From: a bacterium
GTDB lineage: Bacteria > Patescibacteriota > Microgenomatia > Curtissbacterales > GWA2-41-24
Direction of reading: 5' to 3'
NCBI GenBank assembly: GCA_021813945.1
Contig: JAKAJD010000003.1
Span: 45,193-109,192 of the forward strand
DNA: 64,000 nucleotides
Shown: positions 1 to 9,978 of the stretch, piece by piece
Position numbering within the stretch: the stretch's first letter is position 1
Layout of the letters: each line of letters opens with the position of its first letter
Program-made: the position numbers and the translations under genes
The notes under the pieces: model-generated
The model's database searches: none
Told to the model about the DNA's origin: nothing
Seen by the model: the letters and a program-made list of their open reading frames with translations, nothing else

Positions 1-373
1 TCAGCGCTGCCGTAAATATAATCGACGGTTGAAAATATCTTGTGACCATGAAGCCCGAAAGGCAAAAGATAAGTGCCCCGAGTGAGCTTGAGAGAGACGA
101 GAGTTTGTTGATCTTCAAAAAGAAATAGGATCCGAAAAAAGCAAGTAAAAAATAGATCAAATAAAGTAAGTTTATTGCCCATACAAAAGGAAAAACAAAA
201 AGTATCAGCGAGTTTATAGGAGAAAGGGTACCGATTTCACCTTCTGCCAATAATGGGTAGCCCGAGCCATAGATATTAGGAACCCAGACTGGGAGTTGAA
301 AATGATGGAGGTATTGTGAGGTGATCCAGTACCAAGGAATATATTGGGTGACGAGGTCCGATGCGTAAAGCAT

Positions 374-1981
374 TTAAATTTTTTCTGCCAGGTTTGGCTT
401 TATTATAAAAGCAGCAAGGAATAAAAAACCTAACAAAGTTAAAAGGTCTGATGTAAAGCGCAGCCTGGATTCGGTGAAATAAGCCTCTATTTGCCAACTT
501 CCCGGGTCAAGCGGTGTTGAAATTAGCCCATCTTTTGTGTCGATTTTTCTTTGTTGGCCATTTATTTTCAAAATCCAGCCGGGAAAGTACAATTTTCTGA
601 TAATAATTTGTGACTTTTGCGTATTGGTTACTTTGGCTGTTACGTCAAAGGGTTTTTGGCCAGAGAGTACAATGTTTGAATCGGGATTTGTGCTTATAAG
701 TGGCCTTGGCATGAAAGTTTGCCAATTTGACCAGATGGTATCAAATTCGTTTGAAGTTGTCAGGTTAGCCGTCGGGGGATTTGGCCGAAGTTGAATTGGT
801 TTTAGAAAATAGTGTCTTGAAGCAAAAATTGTCAAAATAATGAGAATTGCAGCAAGTTCTCTTGTGTATTTTTTCGACGAATCAACCAGATATACAGCCA
901 GGAAAGAGCTTGAGAGAGCGATGAGGGAAAGAAATCGCCAAGGATAGAGTATGAAATTTAAAAGTGGCAGATTTTGCCATAGAAATTTTGAAATTGGCAA
1001 GGTCAAAAATAGGCTGAGCGCGATTGTTAGGAGCATAAGAATTTCTCTAAGATTCTTTTTCAAAATTAAACTTATGATTATGACTAAGCTTGCAGTAAGA
1101 CCTATTTGGAAAGGCGTTCCGAGATTGAGATCTGAGTGCGGAATTCTTAGTAACTGGTAAAGATTTAAAAAATGGCCATTGTAAAGATTCGTTAGGGCGC
1201 TGTCAAAGACCAGATATTTTTTTTCAAATACGGAAGGAATAAGCTGAAATGATGAGAGTATGATGGCTAGAATTGAGGCAACAACAGTTTTTTTAAAAAT
1301 TTTTAGATCGGGTTTTACAATTAATAGAAAATAAAATATGAAGAAGGGAGCGAATACCATAAAGATAACGGTGTGGGAAGCGATTAGACCGAAAAGAGCA
1401 ATTGTAAGAAGTGGAATCGAGTATTTGGGTGAACCTTTCAGTTTGTGGAAAGCCAAAAGTACAAGTGGAACAAACATAAGTGCAACAGATTCACCAAAAG
1501 ATCCACGGTCATAAAGATTGGCGAAACGGTAGGGTAAATAAGTAAAAAAGATTGCGCCTACTAAGCTTGCTGCCTCTGAGGCGAAATTCCTAAATAAAAG
1601 GAAGGCGAAGATGGCGCTTAAAATGAGGCTTGCTGACATTACGGCTTTGAAGGCAAATTCGGGATTATTTGTTGGCAAAGTAAAAATTTCAGCAAAGTAG
1701 TAAGGGAGTTGATAATTTACGATAAATAGGGGATATCCTATTTGGTTTTCCAGATTAGGTGCTAGTCTCGGCGGTATCTGAAAATTTTTAATATCGGTGT
1801 CAAATTCTTTTATTCTGGCTGTATGGTAGAGTCCGTCCTGGCTTGGGAAGAGGTCTTTTTGAAACATTAACTTAAGTGCTGGAAGAATTAGAAGAAAAAG
1901 AATAAGTATTGTAATCAGTTGCTTTCCCCTTGGCATGTTGTAATCATAAAATAAGCTCTTTGGCGATACAAGATTTGCCAA
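374..1981 (-). CDS. Polytopic membrane glycosyltransferase, GT-C fold (ArnT/PMT-like); true start may be the internal Met near 1936
   Basis: 535 aa with more than 10 predicted TM helices, a loop-rich N-terminal half and a C-terminal soluble region, the architecture of polyprenyl-P-sugar-dependent GT-C enzymes. Only 18 bp separate it from the divergent gene at 2000, so one of the two starts is probably later. Confidence 0.45.
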   Translation of the reverse strand: MANLVSPKSLFYDYNMPRGKQLITILILFLLILPALKLMFQKDLFPSQDGLYHTARIKEFDTDIKNFQIPPRLAPNLENQIGYPLFIVNYQLPYYFAEIFTLPTNNPEFAFKAVMSASLILSAIFAFLLFRNFASEAASLVGAIFFTYLPYRFANLYDRGSFGESVALMFVPLVLLAFHKLKGSPKYSIPLLTIALFGLIASHTVIFMVFAPFFIFYFLLIVKPDLKIFKKTVVASILAIILSSFQLIPSVFEKKYLVFDSALTNLYNGHFLNLYQLLRIPHSDLNLGTPFQIGLTASLVIIISLILKKNLREILMLLTIALSLFLTLPISKFLWQNLPLLNFILYPWRFLSLIALSSSFLAVYLVDSSKKYTRELAAILIILTIFASRHYFLKPIQLRPNPPTANLTTSNEFDTIWSNWQTFMPRPLISTNPDSNIVLSGQKPFDVTAKVTNTQKSQIIIRKLYFPGWILKINGQQRKIDTKDGLISTPLDPGSWQIEAYFTESRLRFTSDLLTLLGFLFLAAFIIKPNLAEKI

Positions 1982-1999
1982 ATATGCTATCTTTTTAGG

Positions 2000-3184
2000 G
2001 TGATTTATTACATTGTAGTTTTTTCGATTTTGATTTTAGGACTTTTGAATCCAGCTGGAGGGAATAAGGTTGACTTTTTATTAGGCTTTTTTCTTTTTAT
2101 CTTTGCAATTTGCTATATTTTCTTGCCAAAGATTGAGAATTTTAGACAATACGGAGTCTGGATTGTAATTGCCATTTTCCTTCTAAGCTCCTTCGCAACA
2201 AGCTGGGAGCTTCGTACTATGCTTTCTCGAGATTTACCGCTTTTTACCTATAACAATGATGAGATGGCGTACCTTAAGGTAGTTAAGCTGATGAAAAGAA
2301 ATATTGAATATTACGATGCTTCGAGGATTGCTTTCATGGGCAAATTTGGAAGCCATGTGGTTGCTGGAGATGTTTGGGGTTGGAGGTTGCCAACTATTTT
2401 TGAGATCTGGCGGTTTATACCTGGGAGCGGAATTGGAATTTATTTGCTTTATCTCACTTTGGCTTGCGGTATGCTTTATAGTGCTTTTTTCATCGGCAAA
2501 CGCTACTTGGGAGAAAATATGGCAATTTTGCCTGCATATCTTCTTTTCCCTTATTTGCATTTTGCAGCGAGGGATCAAATTTTACTGTTAACAGAATGGT
2601 GGGCAATGCCTTTTGTGATATTTGCGCTTTTGTTTTTTGTAAAAAAGCGTAATTTTTTGGCAATTTTGGCTTTAAGTTTGGCGGTTTTGATAAGAGAAGT
2701 CTATATAGTGCCGATTTTTCTGATTTTTGCCTTTTATGCTTCGAGATTTAACAAAAAAGCTATCATATTTTTAATTCCGCTTGTTTCTTTTTTGACTATC
2801 TATCTCTATCACATAGTTGCCCTTTCTTCTTACATTGATTCTTGGCACATGATCTTTTCAACAAGAACGGTTTCTTCGGGAACTTCTTTTTTGAACGAAA
2901 CGTTAGCCTTTGGATCATGGGAATACGTTTTTTATAAATATAGAGTATTTTTGATATTTTTGGTTTTGGCAGTTTTGGCTCTCTTTTACATCTATAGAAG
3001 GATAAGTAGAGAAGAGGCGATAATTTGGCTAATTTCCGCGCTTTCTTTACCAGTTTTGTTTGTGAAGTTCGGCGTTGGGCCATATCATGATTATTGGGGA
3101 ATAATGTATATGCCGATCGTTTTGATTTTGGCACCGATTGCCACAGGAAATTTCATTCAAAAGAGCAAAATACAGAAACCTTAA
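2000..3184 (+). CDS. Polytopic integral membrane protein, possibly GT-C/mannosyltransferase-like
   Basis: 394 aa, very hydrophobic with many TM segments and no recognisable soluble domain. Confidence 0.4.
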   Translation: MIYYIVVFSILILGLLNPAGGNKVDFLLGFFLFIFAICYIFLPKIENFRQYGVWIVIAIFLLSSFATSWELRTMLSRDLPLFTYNNDEMAYLKVVKLMKRNIEYYDASRIAFMGKFGSHVVAGDVWGWRLPTIFEIWRFIPGSGIGIYLLYLTLACGMLYSAFFIGKRYLGENMAILPAYLLFPYLHFAARDQILLLTEWWAMPFVIFALLFFVKKRNFLAILALSLAVLIREVYIVPIFLIFAFYASRFNKKAIIFLIPLVSFLTIYLYHIVALSSYIDSWHMIFSTRTVSSGTSFLNETLAFGSWEYVFYKYRVFLIFLVLAVLALFYIYRRISREEAIIWLISALSLPVLFVKFGVGPYHDYWGIMYMPIVLILAPIATGNFIQKSKIQKP

Positions 3185-3285
3185 TTTGGCTTATTGACAA
3201 GCAGGTGTTAGCTTTGTAAAGATTGAATTAGGCCTGAGTTATTTTCGGGCCAAAGCCCTTTCAGTTAAGTACTGGCCAGTATTAA

Positions 3286-3319
3286 AAAGACCTCGCAGTT
3301 TTCGAGGTCTTTTTTTTAG
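3286..3319 (+). terminator. Rho-independent terminator (bidirectional type)
   Basis: A-tract, then perfect 7-bp stem GACCTCG/CGAGGTC with a 7-nt loop, followed by T8. Confidence 0.6.
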
Positions 3320-3342
3320 CGTTGTGGTAGAATTAGGCACAA

Positions 3343-3858
3343 ATGCAGGATGTGATTTTGCCAGATAAGTTTAACAGCCCTTCTTATGGGCAAATGAGTT
3401 GGGAACAAGTGCTTTCTAAGGTGGTATGGTTTTTGGGCCTTGATAGGAACGCGTCTTACGATGTCATAATTGGTACCGACAGTGAGGCGCAGGATGGAGA
3501 AGCAGATTTTGTGACGGCTCTTATTGTGCACAAAAAAGGCCGAGGTGGGGTTTATTTTTGGGGAAGGCAAAAAGTTAGAAATTTGTATTCACTCAAGCAG
3601 CGAATATGGCATGAGGCAACAATCTCACTTTCTATGGCTCAGATGGTGGTTGATGATTTTGCCAAATTAGGTCTTTTTGGAAACTCTTCAGCTTCGTCCC
3701 AAGCCTTAAATTTGGAGATTCATGTTGATATCGGGCCAAATGGTAAGACGAGAGAGCTGATTACGGATATTGTGGGAATGATAAGGGCAAACGGGTTTAA
3801 GGTTGCAACAAAACCTTCTTCTTGGGGTGCATCACACGTAGCCGACAGGCACGTATAA
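3343..3858 (+). CDS. DUF458/YkuK-like (RNase H-like fold) protein
   Basis: 171 aa. Size and the pattern 'IIGTDSE...FVTALIVHKKGRGG' resemble the YkuK/DUF458 family. This is memory-based and not verified. Confidence 0.35.
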   Translation: MQDVILPDKFNSPSYGQMSWEQVLSKVVWFLGLDRNASYDVIIGTDSEAQDGEADFVTALIVHKKGRGGVYFWGRQKVRNLYSLKQRIWHEATISLSMAQMVVDDFAKLGLFGNSSASSQALNLEIHVDIGPNGKTRELITDIVGMIRANGFKVATKPSSWGASHVADRHV

Positions 3859-3878
3859 TTTTAAGTCAAAAGTCAAAA

Positions 3879-5021
3879 TTAGGAATTGCGGTGGTGTGCA
3901 ATTTCTTCTTCGTAGATTTTTTCAATTTTGTCAGTGTAGGTTTTTATTGAAAATTTTTGGGCAATTACAAGGCTGTTTTTGCCGTATTCTTCATACATTT
4001 TGGGATTTTTGAGCAATTTTATGATTGCTTGGGAAAGTTCTTGTGCGTTAGGTTCTATCAGCAAACCGTTTTTTTTGTCGTAGACTATGTCTTTTGTACA
4101 AATATCGTCTATGGCTATTAAAGCTTTACCGGAAGCAACCGCTTCAAGAGCCACTGTTGGCAGATTGTCTACAACACTTATCATAAGGCACACATTTGCA
4201 GCTTTATTGGCACTTGCAATCATCTCTTTGGCTACAAAACCGGTCATTAGTACATTATTTTCAAGGCCAAGTTCGATAACTTGCTTTTTAATATGTTTTT
4301 TCATTGTGCCTCCACCTGCGACAATAAGAAGCGCATTTGGAATTTGCTTTGTTACCTCGGTCATACAATCAACTGCAATTTCGAAGTTTTTGCCTCTGTC
4401 TAGTAGTCCGGCAATCAAAATTAAGGGCTTTTTAGGATCAACGTTAAATTCTTTTAGAAATTTATCCGACTTACTGTTTTTGAAGAAATCGAGATCGATG
4501 CCGTTATGGATTAACTGCGGTTTAGTTTTTATTTTCGAAAGAGACTTTAGGGTTTTTGCGGAAGGAATGATTACCTTATCAAATTTATTGAAGTAATATT
4601 TGACAAGAAACTCGATAAAGGGCCCAAGCGGCTTTTCCAGGCCGGGGATAAACCGGTGAACGTACTGGTCAAAAGGTGTGTGATAGGTGACTATGTTTGG
4701 AATGTTTTGCTCTTTGGCAATTTTGGTTCCTAAAAATCCGGTTACAAAAGTTTGGTTATGAACAACGTCGAATTTTTTGTGCCTTAGCTTATTTATTAAT
4801 CGGCTGCCCCATATCAGGGGAATGCGCTCAAAAGGTCTTGTGGGCAAGCCCACAGAAGGTAAGCGGATGACGCCATCTTCATCGATAGAGTTGGGGAAAT
4901 CAGTTGTTAAAAGAGTCACCTTATGGCCTCGCTTTTCCAGTTCTCGCCTTAAGTTTATTACGTAGGTAACGATGCCGTTTATTTGAGGTTTGTAATTGTC
5001 GGCCGTTATAAGAATATTCAT
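3879..5021 (-). CDS. Glycosyltransferase family 4 (GT-B fold)
   Basis: 380 aa. N-terminal 'ITADNYKPQINGIVTYV' and C-terminal 'LLIVAGGG...GLENNVLMTGFV...E(x7)E' nucleotide-sugar-binding motifs typical of GT4. Confidence 0.8.
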   Translation of the reverse strand: MNILITADNYKPQINGIVTYVINLRRELEKRGHKVTLLTTDFPNSIDEDGVIRLPSVGLPTRPFERIPLIWGSRLINKLRHKKFDVVHNQTFVTGFLGTKIAKEQNIPNIVTYHTPFDQYVHRFIPGLEKPLGPFIEFLVKYYFNKFDKVIIPSAKTLKSLSKIKTKPQLIHNGIDLDFFKNSKSDKFLKEFNVDPKKPLILIAGLLDRGKNFEIAVDCMTEVTKQIPNALLIVAGGGTMKKHIKKQVIELGLENNVLMTGFVAKEMIASANKAANVCLMISVVDNLPTVALEAVASGKALIAIDDICTKDIVYDKKNGLLIEPNAQELSQAIIKLLKNPKMYEEYGKNSLVIAQKFSIKTYTDKIEKIYEEEIAHHRNS

Positions 5022-5025
5022 TTGG

Positions 5026-5772
5026 CTATTTTTGCGGCCTTTCTGTTTCGAGGGTTTTTACAATTACCGTTCCAAAAAGAAGCCAGGTTATGCCGTTTAA
5101 AATGTAGCTTCTCATACCCTTTAGAAAGCCTTTTTCCCAGCGTCTTGGGGAAGCTACTACAGTCCATTTTCGTGAAGTGTTAAATTCGACTTTGCCAATT
5201 TTTTTAAGCCTCCTGGCGAGGTTCATATCTTCGCAGTAGCCCGGAAAGTTCTTGAAGCCTTCAGTTTTTTGAAATGCTGATTTTCTAATAATAAAGTTTT
5301 GAGCAATGAGAAACGGTTTAAGGCTTGCTTTTTCGTATAATTTTATAAAAGAAGGGGATAAGTTATTAATTATGAATTTGGCAAAACCATCGCCGCTTTC
5401 ATGTCTGATCCAGCCACCAAATGCGACGAGAGAAGAGTTTTGAGCCATCCGTTTGGACATTTTGGCGATCCAGTCTGGCGGCAGAAAATCGTCAGAATCT
5501 GTTGAGGCGATAAATTCCCCTTTGGCTGCTTCAAAACCAGCCTGGCGGGCAAATTGGACTCCTTTTTGAGGCTCATTGACAACTTTTGCCCCGGCTTTTT
5601 TTGCAACCTCAGCTGTTTTATCGGTAGAGCTATTGTCGACTACTATAACTTCATATCTATCCTTAGGGTAAGTTTGATTTCTGAGGCTTTGCAGAGTTTT
5701 TACGATATTGTTTTCTTCGTTGTAGGCTGGTATGACAACCGAAACAAAAGGCAAATCATTACTTGTGCTCAT
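5026..5772 (-). CDS. Glycosyltransferase family 2, polyprenyl-phosphate sugar synthase-like (DPM1/ArnC/GtrB-like)
   Basis: 248 aa. 'VSVVIPAYNEENNIVKTLQSL...YEVIVVDNSSTDKT' GT2 N-terminal signature plus a 'DSDD' DXD motif. Small single-domain GT2, typical of Und-P/Dol-P sugar synthases. Confidence 0.8.
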   Translation of the reverse strand: MSTSNDLPFVSVVIPAYNEENNIVKTLQSLRNQTYPKDRYEVIVVDNSSTDKTAEVAKKAGAKVVNEPQKGVQFARQAGFEAAKGEFIASTDSDDFLPPDWIAKMSKRMAQNSSLVAFGGWIRHESGDGFAKFIINNLSPSFIKLYEKASLKPFLIAQNFIIRKSAFQKTEGFKNFPGYCEDMNLARRLKKIGKVEFNTSRKWTVVASPRRWEKGFLKGMRSYILNGITWLLFGTVIVKTLETERPQK

Positions 5773-5781
5773 CTGAGAGTA

Positions 5782-7203
5782 TTATACTTCCTGCGGAATG
5801 GGGCTTTGTAGCTGGTTTACTCTCATAATTACTCTTTCAGGTTCTATGACGGCTGTGTTGTGATAGGCGCCTTCAAGAATTATGTGCTCCATTTGAGGAT
5901 TTCTAGAAAAAATACCTTCTGCTTTTTTGGATTTGGTCACTTCATCTTTTTCTTCTGAAATGACGATGATTTTTCCGCCTTCTTTGACCTTTGCGCCTTC
6001 GTAAAGATCTGGCATACTTTTGATTACTTTTCCTGCCAGGCCGGATGATACGGCACCTCTTGCGGCGTTTGCTTCCTTTGGAATATCTAAATTTCTTGCC
6101 CCTATGACCAATGAGTAGCGATGACCTGTACTTTTAAGTTCCGCCAATTCATGGGCAAGTCCTAAACCAGCAGATAACGTTGATTGATCTACGCTGCTTG
6201 CTGGTGCCAGAAGAACTGCATTAGAAACTCGATTTTGATATTTTGGGTCGTTTAGAATCTCGGCTCCAATCGGGCCGCCTGTGGAAAAAACCCACAGATC
6301 GAATTCACCTTCCGGCAGTAGCTTGTCAATTGCCGCTTCGTTAAAAGCCGTATGTGGTTCAAAATGTGAAGATTCTTTTACGGCTTTTGCGAACTCTTGG
6401 GTTACTTTGCCTGGTCTTGTGTCTGGGTAAGCAACCGTTACAACCTTACGGCCTGAATAGGCAAGTTCTTGGGCCAAACCAGATACGCTGTCCAAGTCGT
6501 TTGAAATTCCTGGAATTAGAAATATGGGTGGTTTTTCAGCTTGGCCTTCGCGGACAGGAGGTTCGAGAATGACATATCTAGCGGTTTGTTCCCCAAGTGG
6601 TTCTGAACCTTCCATGACATGGACGGTAATTTCTGATTGATTGAGAAAATCTCGTGCTAGCTTGTCTCTTGTGTGGGCTTCGTCGATAAGTTTTTGACGA
6701 GCATCCTTATTTTCTTTGGGAATTTTTTTTAGGTCCTTGTAAATTCTTGCCCGCACGGCTCTGGTTGCCAAGGTGCGAACAAATTCACCATCTTTGCTGG
6801 GAGCTGTAACGTCGGATCTGCGATGATACCAATCTGTTGGTATCTTTCTAAGGGCGATGTTGGTGACTTTATCCTTAAACTTTCTTGTTAAACTCCTTTC
6901 TTCTTTAGGAACATATTGAGCTTCAATACCATATTGTTTTAGTTCTGATGCATCCGGTTTAGACGGCAGAAACCTGTGTCTGGCAAAGCCGAGAACTGCT
7001 TGGCTCATCCCATTAAGTCCTTCGAAGAGAGTTTTTTCTGGTTTAATTGTTTCCTGCTTTGGGCCTTTTATCTTAACCCTGTCTGCCCAGAAGCGGTTGA
7101 TGGCGTCTTTGAAAGCCGTGTTGGGGGCTTTTGTAGCACCATTTGGGGATTCTGGTGAGGGGTTGGGTCTAGCGTCAGTTGCTTCAATATTCATTTGGGG
7201 CAT
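5782..7203 (-). CDS. Hypothetical protein with probable alpha/beta-hydrolase fold domain
   Basis: 473 aa. 'IFLIPGISND' plus a nucleophile-elbow-like 'WVFSTGGPIG'. Codon usage is more G/C-ending than the neighbours. Confidence 0.35.
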   Translation of the reverse strand: MPQMNIEATDARPNPSPESPNGATKAPNTAFKDAINRFWADRVKIKGPKQETIKPEKTLFEGLNGMSQAVLGFARHRFLPSKPDASELKQYGIEAQYVPKEERSLTRKFKDKVTNIALRKIPTDWYHRRSDVTAPSKDGEFVRTLATRAVRARIYKDLKKIPKENKDARQKLIDEAHTRDKLARDFLNQSEITVHVMEGSEPLGEQTARYVILEPPVREGQAEKPPIFLIPGISNDLDSVSGLAQELAYSGRKVVTVAYPDTRPGKVTQEFAKAVKESSHFEPHTAFNEAAIDKLLPEGEFDLWVFSTGGPIGAEILNDPKYQNRVSNAVLLAPASSVDQSTLSAGLGLAHELAELKSTGHRYSLVIGARNLDIPKEANAARGAVSSGLAGKVIKSMPDLYEGAKVKEGGKIIVISEEKDEVTKSKKAEGIFSRNPQMEHIILEGAYHNTAVIEPERVIMRVNQLQSPIPQEV

Positions 7204-7209
7204 GTTAGC

Positions 7210-8193
7210 TTATCCTTCCTGAGATTTCAAATTATCTTTGGCAATTTGCTTTTTTAGAGACATGTAGGAAAGAGCACCAGCGGGAATCGGAATCCAAAAA
7301 GTGATTAGGCGAAAGACTAATACAGATGCAATGGCCCGAGGCGGGTCGATTCCGAATTGCAAAAAGACCAAAATTAACGTTGCTTCTGCTGCTCCAAGAC
7401 CGGCTGGGCTTAGTGTTACCCAGCCGCTTATCATTGAAAGAGTATAGGCAAATGTAAGAACAGACACTGAAGGATAAGCACCAAATGTTAAAAAGGAAAA
7501 GCTTAATGTGACGATATTGGTTCCATAGTAAATTATGGCAGAAATGACAGCTTCCAAAACAAGAAGCTTGTGGCTAAAAATCGCTGTTCTGTAGGCCGGA
7601 AAATTATCTTTGTATTCCAAAACACCCTTATAAATGTCCATCTTTTGTATTTTTGCTCTGAGTTTTTCCCAGATGAATTGCCTTATTAAAAAAATAAGTA
7701 ATGGAAAGATTATCAATAGTGCCAGGATTCCCAACCCAACGGAATGAAAATTTATGCTTGGAAGGTGCGGAATAAAGTAAATTGATGTCAAAAGCATAGC
7801 CACAAGAACTGAGAAGGTGATTCCGGTCCAGGAGGTTGAAAGAAAGATAAAGTTTTGTGTAGAAACCCCCAATTTTTTGTAAAAGTAATAGGCGGTTGCT
7901 ATAGAGCCGGCTTCACCAATTGGGAAAAGGTGTGCGGCCAGAACATTTAAAGAGGCAATTTTAATGGTATTTTTAAAATCCATCCGAACGCCAATCATCT
8001 TTAAAAGTGTCTGGGAAAGGAGCCCGTCACCAATATATTGGCCGGATTGGGCTATTATGCCAAGGAACAAAAACGCGTAATTGATCTCGTCTTTCAGGGC
8101 AAAAAGTCTCTTAAAATCGGTGAAATGAGGGTAAAGTTTCCATAAAGCTAGCAAAATCAAAAGGGAAACGGCTATAATTCGGAAGTATTTCAC
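7210..8193 (-). CDS. UPF0104 / lysyl-PG-synthase-TM-region-like membrane protein (putative lipid-linked sugar flippase)
   Basis: 327 aa with about 8 TM helices and a Gly-rich 'LSPAGLGAAEATLILV' segment typical of the flippase-like domain. It lies next to the GT2 and GT-C genes. Confidence 0.5.
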   Translation of the reverse strand: MKYFRIIAVSLLILLALWKLYPHFTDFKRLFALKDEINYAFLFLGIIAQSGQYIGDGLLSQTLLKMIGVRMDFKNTIKIASLNVLAAHLFPIGEAGSIATAYYFYKKLGVSTQNFIFLSTSWTGITFSVLVAMLLTSIYFIPHLPSINFHSVGLGILALLIIFPLLIFLIRQFIWEKLRAKIQKMDIYKGVLEYKDNFPAYRTAIFSHKLLVLEAVISAIIYYGTNIVTLSFSFLTFGAYPSVSVLTFAYTLSMISGWVTLSPAGLGAAEATLILVFLQFGIDPPRAIASVLVFRLITFWIPIPAGALSYMSLKKQIAKDNLKSQEG

Positions 8194-8288
8194 CTATGTT
8201 CAATTTTATTTGAAGATTCGTGAAATTGGAAGCGTATGTGCCTGGAGAGTTATAATATACATGCTTAAGGCATTTCTTTTTTTGGAAA

Positions 8289-9014
8289 ATGAAGGGTTTT
8301 TTGAGAACTAAAAATACAAGATCTGTTACAGCTGAAACGGATCTACCACTTAGTGCTTCCGAGGTTTGGAAGAGGGTTTCTGACGTTTCCAACTATACCG
8401 ATTTTGTGGAATTTATGAAGCTTGTTTCCCTCGAGGGGGAATTCAGAGAGGGAAGCCACTGGTCGGATATCTCTACGGTTATGTATTTCCCGCTTAAATT
8501 CCGCCACAAAATTGCAAAAATTGAAGAAGGAAAGAATATTTTTTACTTGATTGATTTACCAAAAGGAGGCAAAATTCTTCAGAAATTGGAAGTTATTCCC
8601 AAAGGAAATCTGACACGGATGAGATTAACTATTGAAGTGGATCTTAACAATCAACTGATGGATCTTTTACTTGGTAAATTAATAGAAAAGAGAACAAAAT
8701 CGATGATCGGTGGTACTTTCAAAAAGATAAGTCATAAAATTGAAAAGGAAAAGGCCGGAGAACCCGAGATACACAAGAATAAAGGAAATGCTGCTGAATT
8801 AATAGTTAGAAAGTGGTATTTGGCACCAACGGTTATTTCCATCGCAGCTTTTGTAATTTTGGCTATTGTTTTCGGGTCGAACCCTTCGGAGATTAAAGCT
8901 GCACCGGGAAAGATTATTTCGAAATCCGAGGTATTGGTTACAAGTTCGGCAACGAAGATTAAAACTAGCGTGCACAAAGTAAACAATAAGCTCGAAAACT
9001 TCATTTCGAACTAA
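8289..9014 (+). CDS. Hypothetical protein, SRPBCC (Bet v1/START-like) N-terminal domain plus C-terminal TM anchor
   Basis: 241 aa. The N-terminal approximately 140 aa have SRPBCC-like features ('SASEVWKRVSDVSNYTDFV'); one TM helix at residues about 176-197. Confidence 0.3.
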   Translation: MKGFLRTKNTRSVTAETDLPLSASEVWKRVSDVSNYTDFVEFMKLVSLEGEFREGSHWSDISTVMYFPLKFRHKIAKIEEGKNIFYLIDLPKGGKILQKLEVIPKGNLTRMRLTIEVDLNNQLMDLLLGKLIEKRTKSMIGGTFKKISHKIEKEKAGEPEIHKNKGNAAELIVRKWYLAPTVISIAAFVILAIVFGSNPSEIKAAPGKIISKSEVLVTSSATKIKTSVHKVNNKLENFISN

Positions 9015-9162
9015 AATTCCTTTTAGCAAATTCGCTTCAAAGGTTAGCATTTTTATCGCTAGACAAAACAAAAGCCCACGTCAAACGCGATGGGCTTCTG
9101 TTTTAAATATTCGAATTTTAAACTACAAGTTACCAGATACCAGTTACCGTGACCTGAGCAGG

Positions 9163-9801
9163 TTATCGCTTCTTTTTCGGTTTACTGGTCTTTTTGCCTT
9201 TTGAGGTGCTTTTTGGTTTTTTGCCCCGATTTGTTCGGGTTGGACTTTTAGATTGCGATGCAACTTCTTCTTCGTCTTCTTCTCTGGTGTACCACCAAGC
9301 GGCGACAATAACCAATGCAACTACAACCAAAATTACTAGCGTTGTGTTTTTATCAAAACCTTCGGTTGCTGCCGGAGTGGGGGACGTAATTGGCGCATTT
9401 TTAAAGTTGACAGTAACTGTTTGGTCTGGGCTAAGCGGTTTATTATCGGGGGTTACCAATTCCGCTTTTAAGGTGTGATCGCCGTAGGCAACATCCGAAT
9501 AGGTGAAACTGTCTGCCATGACTTTTGTTGCCGTATCGGCTGTGGGATTTTTGTCGTCCAGCCAAATTAAGATGTAGCCTTCTGTGCCGGACGGGTTTGC
9601 TGATGCCTTTTCTACTATATTAAAGTTCTGAACAGCAAAAAGAATTGGGACTCGATTGCCGTAGATTGTCTGGCCGTCTGACGGGGTGATAATCTGAAGC
9701 TGAGGGGCTGCAACCTGGGCAAAGACGGCTGAGGGAGCAAGCAAGGCAGCTGTCAGCGATAGCGGCAAAAGATAAGAAATTCTTTTCATAGTAAATGACA
9801 T
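9163..9801 (-). CDS. Secreted, membrane-anchored surface protein with polybasic tail
   Basis: 212 aa. Signal peptide (MKRISYLLPLSLTAALLAPSAVFA), a beta-rich ectodomain, a C-terminal TM helix, then an acidic stretch and a Lys-rich tail (KKPKSTSKGKKTSKPKKKR). Confidence 0.5.
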   Translation of the reverse strand: MSFTMKRISYLLPLSLTAALLAPSAVFAQVAAPQLQIITPSDGQTIYGNRVPILFAVQNFNIVEKASANPSGTEGYILIWLDDKNPTADTATKVMADSFTYSDVAYGDHTLKAELVTPDNKPLSPDQTVTVNFKNAPITSPTPAATEGFDKNTTLVILVVVALVIVAAWWYTREEDEEEVASQSKSPTRTNRGKKPKSTSKGKKTSKPKKKR

Positions 9802-9978
9802 GGGTTATTTAACTTTGGGGCCTATTTTCTGTCAATAGTGATTTATTTTTACTCGGAAAATGGTCATTTTTGGGTAAAAAATTAGCTCAGGAATTTGTTT
9901 GCGGTAATTTTGCGGTAATAATTTTTTGTCATCAATTTTTTTGTGATTTTTTTGACAAATTCTGTTAAGCTTTATGTC

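Noticed and set aside
276-497. 73-aa minus-strand ORF overlapping the 3' end of the GT-C gene
   Set aside because: Odd composition and no RBS. It overlaps a better-supported gene in another frame and is likely spurious.
3860-3880. Short direct repeats (AAGTCAAA x2 here, and elsewhere) as CRISPR-like or other repeats
   Set aside because: Only two short copies with no spacer architecture. No CRISPR array exists in the window.
9943-9978. Extended N-terminus of trxB (track start MIFLTNSVKLYV) and a TTGACA-based promoter at 9947
   Set aside because: The conserved TrxR N-terminus begins at MEDVRNVAIVGSG. The upstream codons are likely non-coding. The -10 element for the TTGACA is poor, so the promoter is not called.
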